This document shows, one piece after another, positions 10,477 through 18,400 of a stretch of DNA of 27,110 bases. Where the stretch lies: positions 1 through 27,110 of the forward strand of contig CASFSH010000013.1 of NCBI GenBank assembly GCA_949297205.1, written 5' to 3'. The DNA is from an uncultured Bacillota bacterium. Lineage in GTDB: Bacteria > Bacillota > Clostridia > UBA1381. Within the stretch, counting starts at the first letter, position 1. Every line of letters begins with the position of its first letter. The notes below the pieces were generated by a model. The model searched no databases and was not told the DNA's origin. It saw nothing but the letters and a program-made list of their open reading frames with translations. Both the position numbers and the translations under genes were made by a program.

Positions 10477-13400
10477 TTATCTGAGTATTACAGAATCAAT
10501 TATAGGATTCATACCCTCCTTAGTGTTCCATACAAACACCTTAACTGTCCAGTTTTCATTCATTTCTCTGTCAACTGTAAATTCTGCATCTATCTCCATA
10601 TTCTTATTATCAAGGGGTTTATTTACCACCTGTACAAGTTTTTTGCCATCATCATATAACGCAGCAAACAGCTCTTGTGCCGTAACATTTTCATTAACCT
10701 TAACATCCATAAGCACGGAAAAACTGTTTTTCGCCTCATAAAAGTTCTCGATCACTGCCATATTTTCGTTGTCATAGAAAGAAATATTGCTGACAACACA
10801 AGGCTCTTCATATTTTGCAAAGCACATTCCGTAGATTGTAACCTGATGATGCTTTACCAGCTCACTGCCTGTATATATATTGGTAGTTTTTGCAAATGAA
10901 TATTTACCGTCATTTCCCCTTGTTGCGTTTGTACTTTCACCCAAGCTCTTTATAGACACAAGAGTTTTCTCAGGATTTACCGGAAGCTCATACTCATGCA
11001 TATAATAGAATAAATTTTCTTCATATGAACCGTCCCGCTTTGATCTTGCAACAGCCACCGCCGCACCATTTTTATTTGTCACTTCCGATACAACCTCTGT
11101 TTCAACATATTCCTCACTGCCGTCCGAATATACAAGCACTCCTGCCCATGTCATATCATAATTACGATATGAATACGGATTATGTCTTGAAGCAAGAATT
11201 CTCAAGGCTGAATATTTTCCGTCCGCAACATCAATCGTATCATATAAATTTGATGATGCTCTATATACTGTATTTATTGATGTACCATCTCTTAATCTCA
11301 GTTTATATTTTCTGCCGTTATGTAAAAGTACATTATCGGTCATTGTGTCTGTCCATTCATCCTGCCATATATCCTGCGTTTTGAACTGCTTTGAACTCAT
11401 TGCGGCTTGCTGTGACAAATACGCCGCATATCCGTTCCATGTCAACACCAAATCCGAAGAATATATTCTTGAAGCATTGACAAAAAGTGACGGCTCAACA
11501 GGAGCCCATACAAAGCATTCAATTCTTTTTTTCGCTGCGATAAGCTTATTGTAATTGGAAATCATCTTTTTTGTGATACCATTTTCTTCTGCCTCTGCAA
11601 TCAGCTTTTCAATTTCATCAATTTCACCGGCTTTTGAGTAATCAACTTCGCCGCCGGCATATAATGCATCAATTTTTTCAACAATCGGTAAAACCAGTGT
11701 TTTAATAAAGGAATCATTATTCTGTGTAAGTGTCATCGCAAATATAACAGCATTTGCTGATGCATAAATATCACTTGTCGGTAATTCTCCTGTTGCAAGC
11801 TTATAAAGCTTGATTCTTATTCCGTTATATTCTATAGTTTCAAGAACAGTTTTATCGGTTGAATGCATAAGCTTTCTTATTTTTAATGTACCGTCATCAT
11901 TTCTCAAAAGTTCATCTGTTTTGTAGGTTGCGTATTCTTTTCCGTTGTCAAAGTCATAGTTTGCATTTAATACATTAATTGCAACAAGCTTTTTTGTTCT
12001 GTCAGCTTTCACACTGTGCTGACCTATATATCCGAAAGCATCCGGCTTTGAAAATCTCGCAACCTTAATCTGTCTGCCGCTTGCCAATTGATTGGTCATA
12101 TAATTAAGAGGCATAATTTCAGCTTCCTCAGTCCCATCGGAATATTTTAAAATAATTCTTAAAAACTGACTTTCAATTGTACTTCTTCTTGTATTTGCAA
12201 GAATTTCAACAGTTTCATAATATCCCGGATTTACCTCAATATGTGTATACGGTGAATCTGACATTGTACATACCAGAGTATCATTCTTTGAACCATTTTC
12301 TACTGCTGACATTTCATAGGTTATACCGTTAAATGTCATTTTGTTTGTGTCTTGTTCTGTAAAATCAGCATCATTGTTCCAATAAGGAAGATTTATAAAT
12401 GAATCAAAGCAATATCCACTTGCACCGTATGACATCTGAGTATATTGACTTATTTTCGGCATATTATACATACCGCTTAAATCAACAGGAACATTCGCAC
12501 ACACTTTCTTTTCATTCAAAAGCTTATTATATTTTTCAATTCCCTCAATATTTTCTGTATATACATCATTTACTTCCAGAAGTTCAATAAGCTCTCTTAT
12601 TTCATCAAGCATATAATATGTAGAATAATCAAGGATTTCAGGTAGGTTATTCAGCTTTTCAATAAGCTCATTTTTAAGCTCTTCTTTATAATTATCGGTA
12701 TATGTATAGCCTGTAAATTCAGTTTCATACCCTGTTTTGGTTAAATCAATATCAGCCAAACGCGGAATTGAATTTAATACAAAACTTCCCTGCTTAATTG
12801 AATAATCGCCGTTTGCACTGTCAGTAAAATCAGCAAACGAAGAAACACGTCTGTTATTTATTCTTCTGTTAAGTCTGTCTGTATAGCCGTATTTTATATA
12901 ATTATTAGCCTCATATATCTGACAACCCGAATTTATCACAAGGTTATCATATATAAAGTTACCTCTCGGTAATGTTTTTTCCGGATCAGGATATTTTAAT
13001 GTCGGATATTCAACAAGTAACTCAGGATGTGCCTGTGTAAAAGCAATTGCCTCTTCAAAAAGTTCTGCTCTATAAGTTTCACCATTTCCGCCTGTTCCGA
13101 GATTTAGACCACTGTCGCAGTTTATTATAATGTTATCATGTACACTGTTGTCACTTCCGCCGTTCATAAAAACACCACGTTTTGAACCATCAATAAAATT
13201 ATGATGAATAGCAGTACCGCTCATTTTATCATCAAGATAAATACCTGATGTAAGATTTTCAAAAATCCATTCAGAACGAACGTCAACTATTCTGTTGAAT
13301 GCAACGGTATTACCTCTCTGAATAAGACTTCTTCCGGTATAAATCGCACCCATGTCGGCACTGTCACGGCATACATTTTCAATGTCATTATACACAATAT

Positions 13401-14760
13401 CAATATTCATTCCGCTGTAATTAATTGCTGAATGAGGCATATCCCTTAATGTGTTATTTGCAATAGTCATGCTGTGACCGCTTGCCGCCACACCGCCGGT
13501 ATAGGAACGTGCAACTTGTCCTGTTTTTTCAAAATAGTTGTTTACAATAGTATGATTATCAGGTATCAGTGTTGTGTAACCTGAACTTTTCAGATAAAAA
13601 CCAACATCTCCGATATTTTTTACGTTATTGTTCTTTAATTGTATATTCTTAAGAACTCCGCTTTTTTCATAACCGTAAACAGCTGTCTGTCCGATATTGT
13701 AAAAATCACAGTCGTCAACAGTAATATTGTTTCCGTTCATAACATTAATACCGTTTGCTCTTGTATTTTTAAATGTAATGCCTTTAAAATTAACGAAACT
13801 ACTGTTATTTACTTCAAAAAGAGGTTTGTTAAATGATGTAAGCTCAAATCTGTCTGTTTCTGAAATCTGTTCCTCACTGTAATAGTAAAGAATCTTATTT
13901 TCTCTGTCTATATAATATTCTCCGTCACAGTCAAGCTCTTCTATAAGATTCTGCACAAAATATGTAGCTTCCTCTATAATTCCACTATCATCAGACACAT
14001 GACCTGTTTCTGAAATTTTCATCTGTGAATTCGCACTGTCTACCGATTCAATAAAGCTTCTGCTGTAGCCCCAGTTAGCGCTTATAAATCCGTGTATTGA
14101 TATACTGTCTGTAACACCTGCCCAAAGCTGTGCTTTTTCCTGCGGTATCTTAATAATAAGATTGTCTTTATCAACAACATCGCTGTCTGCAACCTTTATA
14201 TATCCCTCGTTAGGATATCTTGAAAGAGTCTGAGTGTTATCATTTTTTATAAGTCTGTAGTAATCAGGGTATCTGTTTCCGGAACCTCCGTTTTTCATTT
14301 CTTCCATGTCAGCAAAATAACCGCTTATATCCATTGAGTAAACATTCTCACCACCTGACGGTAATTTCAAAAGCACATTTTCATCAGTTACAGCTGTAAA
14401 ATCTGCTCCGTCAAGCTCTTTACTTCCCTTTATAACAACCTCTGTTCCCTCACTTGCCATAATTGTCACAGGTGCTGCCTGTGTTCCTGTTATGCTCATT
14501 GAAATACTATTATCAAGATTATACTCACCTCCATGTATTTCAATGTTTATCGGTCTATTTTTAAATACAGTCTGATACATTGATATTTTTGAAATTGCCG
14601 CAGAAATTGTATTTACTGCTTTTTCTTCGTTTTCACCCGAATTAGTGTCACTTCCTGTCGGTGACACATGTATGGTTACCGGTTCGGCAGCTTGTACCGT
14701 TGCCGGTACATATCCCATTATCATCGTTAAAGCAATGAACAGTGATAAACCTTTTTTCAT
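10477..14760 (-). CDS. Secreted right-handed parallel beta-helix protein (GH141-like) with two unnamed beta-sandwich modules and a C-terminal KVFVW module (1427 aa)
   Basis: Start revised from 14865 to ATG 14760 (MKKGLSLFIALTMIMGYVPATVQA, signal peptide; GGAGG at 14767-14771). Motifs IHVSPTGSDTNSG, NLIEELDCDGEYYID, DMGAIYTGR and GIYLDDKMSG are paralogous to 6738..10436. Confidence 0.85.
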   Translation of the reverse strand: MKKGLSLFIALTMIMGYVPATVQAAEPVTIHVSPTGSDTNSGENEEKAVNTISAAISKISMYQTVFKNRPINIEIHGGEYNLDNSISMSITGTQAAPVTIMASEGTEVVIKGSKELDGADFTAVTDENVLLKLPSGGENVYSMDISGYFADMEEMKNGGSGNRYPDYYRLIKNDNTQTLSRYPNEGYIKVADSDVVDKDNLIIKIPQEKAQLWAGVTDSISIHGFISANWGYSRSFIESVDSANSQMKISETGHVSDDSGIIEEATYFVQNLIEELDCDGEYYIDRENKILYYYSEEQISETDRFELTSFNKPLFEVNNSSFVNFKGITFKNTRANGINVMNGNNITVDDCDFYNIGQTAVYGYEKSGVLKNIQLKNNNVKNIGDVGFYLKSSGYTTLIPDNHTIVNNYFEKTGQVARSYTGGVAASGHSMTIANNTLRDMPHSAINYSGMNIDIVYNDIENVCRDSADMGAIYTGRSLIQRGNTVAFNRIVDVRSEWIFENLTSGIYLDDKMSGTAIHHNFIDGSKRGVFMNGGSDNSVHDNIIINCDSGLNLGTGGNGETYRAELFEEAIAFTQAHPELLVEYPTLKYPDPEKTLPRGNFIYDNLVINSGCQIYEANNYIKYGYTDRLNRRINNRRVSSFADFTDSANGDYSIKQGSFVLNSIPRLADIDLTKTGYETEFTGYTYTDNYKEELKNELIEKLNNLPEILDYSTYYMLDEIRELIELLEVNDVYTENIEGIEKYNKLLNEKKVCANVPVDLSGMYNMPKISQYTQMSYGASGYCFDSFINLPYWNNDADFTEQDTNKMTFNGITYEMSAVENGSKNDTLVCTMSDSPYTHIEVNPGYYETVEILANTRRSTIESQFLRIILKYSDGTEEAEIMPLNYMTNQLASGRQIKVARFSKPDAFGYIGQHSVKADRTKKLVAINVLNANYDFDNGKEYATYKTDELLRNDDGTLKIRKLMHSTDKTVLETIEYNGIRIKLYKLATGELPTSDIYASANAVIFAMTLTQNNDSFIKTLVLPIVEKIDALYAGGEVDYSKAGEIDEIEKLIAEAEENGITKKMISNYNKLIAAKKRIECFVWAPVEPSLFVNASRIYSSDLVLTWNGYAAYLSQQAAMSSKQFKTQDIWQDEWTDTMTDNVLLHNGRKYKLRLRDGTSINTVYRASSNLYDTIDVADGKYSALRILASRHNPYSYRNYDMTWAGVLVYSDGSEEYVETEVVSEVTNKNGAAVAVARSKRDGSYEENLFYYMHEYELPVNPEKTLVSIKSLGESTNATRGNDGKYSFAKTTNIYTGSELVKHHQVTIYGMCFAKYEEPCVVSNISFYDNENMAVIENFYEAKNSFSVLMDVKVNENVTAQELFAALYDDGKKLVQVVNKPLDNKNMEIDAEFTVDREMNENWTVKVFVWNTKEGMNPIIDSVILR

Positions 14761-14761
14761 T

Positions 14762-14941
14762 TTAATCCTCCATTCCGCCGCAGATGCGGCGGCACAAATC
14801 CTAACGTGGAAAAGAAGCAAGCAGATTGCTCTTTTGAGGAGCGCCGACGTATGTTGATACTTCAAGCTCCGATAAAGGGCAAGATGCGCCGCTTATTTTT
14901 CACGTTAATCTCCATTCTGCCGCTTACGCGTCAGCACAAAT
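14762..14941. repeat. REP/MITE-like palindromic element: two ~38-nt direct repeats flanking a ~106-nt long hairpin
   Basis: Direct repeats 14762-14799 and 14905-14941 match at 31/38 positions. Inverted arms 14802-14818 / 14891-14907 match at 15/17, with nested stems TTGCTCTTT/AAAGGGCAA, GGAGC/GCTCC and GACGTA/TACTTC. Locally GC-rich relative to the flanks. Confidence 0.75.
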
Positions 14942-14954
14942 AGTAATGAAAGTG

Positions 14955-14983
14955 GTGACCTGCGGCTGTTTTTTTGATATACT
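14955..14983 (+). promoter_or_regulatory. Putative sigma-A promoter in the IS110 remnant, antisense to the operon
   Basis: GTGACC (14955-14960)-N17-TATACT (14978-14983) with extended -10 TGn, followed by AAGGAG (14990-14995). Confidence 0.45.
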
Positions 14984-15016
14984 GCATCTAAGGAGAAAGA
15001 TGCACTACAAAGCACG

Positions 15017-15193
15017 GTTGCAAGAATGATTCTCACTGCCGTATATGCAATGCTTTCATCCGGTGAAGTATTTAACCCTACTGACCTGCACAGATTTGAT
15101 ATGCCCATCATACTCAAAGAAAATCAAGAAGCCAAGGCTGTTAAGCAGGCGATTAAACTTCTGAAGTCGAAAGGGATCACTTCTATCACTTGA
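15017..15193 (+). pseudogene. IS110-family transposase C-terminal fragment
   Basis: Translates VARMILTAVYAMLSSGEVFNPTDLHRFDMPIILKENQEAKAVKQAIKLLKSKGITSIT*, matching my recollection of clostridial IS110 transposase C-termini (IARMILTAIYxMLSTGEVxNPTDL...KAxKQA). An in-frame stop lies upstream at 14975-14977, and the RuvC-like and serine domains are absent. Confidence 0.75.
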
Positions 15194-15314
15194 TGTGCTT
15201 TGTAAAATTTTTCGCCTTGTTAAAGGCTTTGTTTGTATGCCTTTTTTTATTTAAGCTGTATTATTGGTCTCTTTCACATTAATTCTTCCTCTCATTCAAA
15301 AATTGCAAATTATC

Positions 15315-15343
15315 ATTATCATTTTACAGCTCTTGTCATACAA
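15315..15343 (-). promoter_or_regulatory. Possible internal promoter for the downstream beta-helix/SLH genes
   Basis: Minus strand TTGTAT (15343-15338)-N17-GATAAT (15320-15315), downstream of the 15373-15404 stem-loop. The region is AT-rich, so a chance match is possible. Confidence 0.3.
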
Positions 15344-15372
15344 AAGCTCTAAAATAACAAAGATAATATTTC

Positions 15373-15404
15373 TTGTGCAAAGCGGATTTCTCCGCTTTGC
15401 ACAA
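15373..15404. terminator. Strong stem-loop 34 nt after the 1542-aa gene (terminator or RNA-stabilising element)
   Basis: Perfect 14-bp stem TTGTGCAAAGCGGA / TCCGCTTTGCACAA with a 4-nt loop. No clean U-tract on either strand. Confidence 0.65.
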
Positions 15405-15438
15405 ATAATACCTGTTTCATTCTTTCAAAAAATTCTAA

Positions 15439-18400
15439 TCAATCTCTGTCAACAAGGAAATATCCTATTCCGAAGGTTGCATCTGTTGCACTTGCATTCG
15501 GTGTAGTTGTTGTGATTGTGATTGTATGTTCAGTATCTTCAAGGCCTGTGATAATAGCCTTCTGGCACTTATACATTGAAAAGCTAGAGTGAAGGTCGAT
15601 TGTACCTGTCTTTTCGCCGTCTATAACATATGTTGCTTTACCACCGTTTTTACCAACCAATGTATACATACCAAGCTCTGTACCCTTAAATGTAAAGGTC
15701 ATTTCAGCTCCTATAGCCTTAGTAGCCATAAATCCTTCAGGGAATGCATCAACTTCAATTGTATCCCAGTAGCCTTCGTTTGCACTGTCTGCTCTTGTTA
15801 AAGCCCAGTTAGCATCATACATACCGTAAATACTTGGAATCATCTTCGGATTTGCATAAGTAATGTTACTTACAGTTTCCGGTGCAATAACTGTTTCTCT
15901 GATATATGTATTAGTCTCATTTGTCATAAGACCGTACATCCATTCAGCACAAAGCCTTCCGCCTGCAGCTGTGAAGTGTGTTCCGTCTGATTCAACAATA
16001 TTTGACCAGTCATATTCTGCATCTCCTGCTGTCTGCTGTGCTCTTGCATATACGTCAAAGTCCATCATAGGAATATCATACTTTTCGAGTAAATTTGCAA
16101 GTGCGTCAACTGCTAAAGAGTTGTCAGGAACTGTTACAGTTTCACCGTCAGCATTTACAATAGTAACCTCGCTCTTACACATTGGATTCCAGTAGATAAT
16201 TACAGGAACGTGTTCATTTGCCAAAGCTCTCTTGATAACATTTTCATGATATGAAACGATTTCAGCTGATTTTTCTTCTCTTGTTGCATCTGTCTTTAAA
16301 GAATTTGCATCGTTCGGATAGAATTCAACAAACAAAATATCAGGATTTGTTTTGATTACATCATCAAATCTGTACATTCCGAGGAACATTGATGTACCGC
16401 CAACGCCAAAGTTTTTATCTTCAACCGACGCACCCGAACTTGCTCTTTGAAGAGAAAGAAGTTCTGTAAGCGGCTTTGTAACATTATTACCTGCTGTCTG
16501 AGAATCACCGAAATATGCTATTTTAATGTCTTTTGAGTTATCAACAACATTGTCATAACCATAAGTCTTATTTAAAACAATAACATCCTGCACAGGCTTC
16601 ATTTCATTGATACTGCTCCAGATGAACGCCTTTAAAGTCCAGTTCTTATTCATTTTCACATTGCCTACTGTGATAACTTTTTCAACATCACCTGCTTCAA
16701 TTTCACCTGTCATTGCAACAAGTCTTCTGTTATCATCATATACTGCAAGAACCATCTTGCCTTCAGCATTGTCATAATTCTTGTTAAGTTTTCCTCTTAC
16801 AACAAAGTTGTCGCTCTGTGTTTCATAGAAATTCTTCAAGTCTACAAAGTTGTCATCATCAGAAATCACAACATCGTCAAATGATAACGGTCTTAAAACT
16901 GTTACTCTCTGGTTATAAGAAATTCTATTTCCGATAACTACCTTAACTGCATTTACAACATCAAAGTCCATATCGTGAGCAAATGAAAGCTTAATACCTG
17001 TGATTTTATCACCTGTCATGATATTTTCAGCATTAACTTTAACATTTGTTTCTACTGTATCCTTTAATACTGTGTAGCTTGTATTTATATCTTCCGGAAT
17101 TGCTCTGTCTAATGTAAGCTCAATATATGCATTATCTGTATCGTTATAGGTCTTAACCTTTGTTACTTCTGCAAAGTATGGTAATAATTCGTAATATGCA
17201 TCAATTCCTTCAATTGCATTTACATCAATACCTACACTTTCTAAAACTTCAATATTTTCAGCAATTGACTTCATGCTGTTATATGAAGAAGGTGCATTTT
17301 CAAGAGTTGCAAGTGCCGCTTTGATTGCATCAACATAATGAGCATACTTTTTGGCAAGATTTTCCTTTGTTGTCACAAGTGACATCGCAAAGGTGTGGAT
17401 TCTGTGATCTTCATTTGCTGAACCGTCTTTTTCAATATCATAAACACCTGTTGTTTTATTGTAAACTGCTTTAGCTTTTTTATCAAGATATTTGATTTCC
17501 TTTAATGTTCTTGTCTCATCTGTCATTATTTCATAATGATGCAGATAATAAGCTGTTGTGCCCGGTTTGCCAAATTCATTCTTATATACCTTAATTGAAT
17601 CATCGGAATATGTATCTGAAACCTGCACCGGAGCTGATTCAACATATACTTCTCCGTCTTCATATACCAAAACAGCACCAACTGTCATATCATAATTACA
17701 ATATGTATATGTATAATCTCTGTTTGCAAGAATATTGATTGCGGCATAATTTCCGTCAACAACATCTATTGATTTATAAGCGGCAGTTCCTGTTCCCCTT
17801 AAGATAGAATAGTATTCCACACCGCGACCGTCATTCAGTCCGTCAACAACTCTTAATTTGTAGTTGTAACCGTTATGCTCCAAAACGTTATCTGTCATAA
17901 CTTCTGTCCAAGGAACTTTCCAGATATCCTTGCTCTTGAATTCCTTGGAGTTGATAGCATTACCTGACATAAAAGCAACATAACCATTTGCCGAGTCAAC
18001 TTCAGGGTCTGATTCATAAATTCTACTACTATTTACAAACAAATCAGGTTCAACAACATCTGCCACATATCCGTCAATTTTTTTAACTGCTGCAAGATAC
18101 TTGTCATAATCTGTGATATACTTTGTGTTTATACCATTTGCAAGTAACTCTTCAACAATAGCTTTAGCATTTTCTACAACACCCCTGTTAGCGTAGGTTA
18201 CATTATCAGGAATTGCGGCAATTGCTTCATTTGCAGCAGTTGCGGCATGCTTAGAATATTCTGCAATCGATTGAACAAGTGTCATTGCGTAAATAGCCGC
18301 TGTATAGTAGAAGTCACCTCTGTTTGCTACCTTTGTGTAGCCTGTGTGAACAGCTGCATCATAAGGAACATAATTTCCCTCTGCATCCTTTGTGTATTCC

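Larger units (their letters stand above)
14942..15280 (+). mobile_element. Internally deleted IS110-family element remnant (boundaries approximate)
   Basis: Carries a transposase C-terminal tail (15017-15193), a promoter/RBS-like left part and a non-coding right end finishing CTCTTTCACATT, weakly inverted to AATGAAAG at the left. Ends are inferred. Confidence 0.6.

Noticed and set aside
14761-14865. 35-aa N-terminal extension of the 1462-aa ORF-track call
   Set aside because: It runs through the repeat element, whereas ATG 14760 has a GGAGG and gives a normal signal peptide.
14762-14941. 38-nt direct repeats as a CRISPR mini-array
   Set aside because: There are only two degenerate copies, the ~105-nt spacer is itself a long hairpin, and no cas genes are present in the window.
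14905-15117. 70-aa minus-strand ORF in the IS region
   Set aside because: It is antisense to the IS110 tail, spans the repeat and has no recognisable motif.
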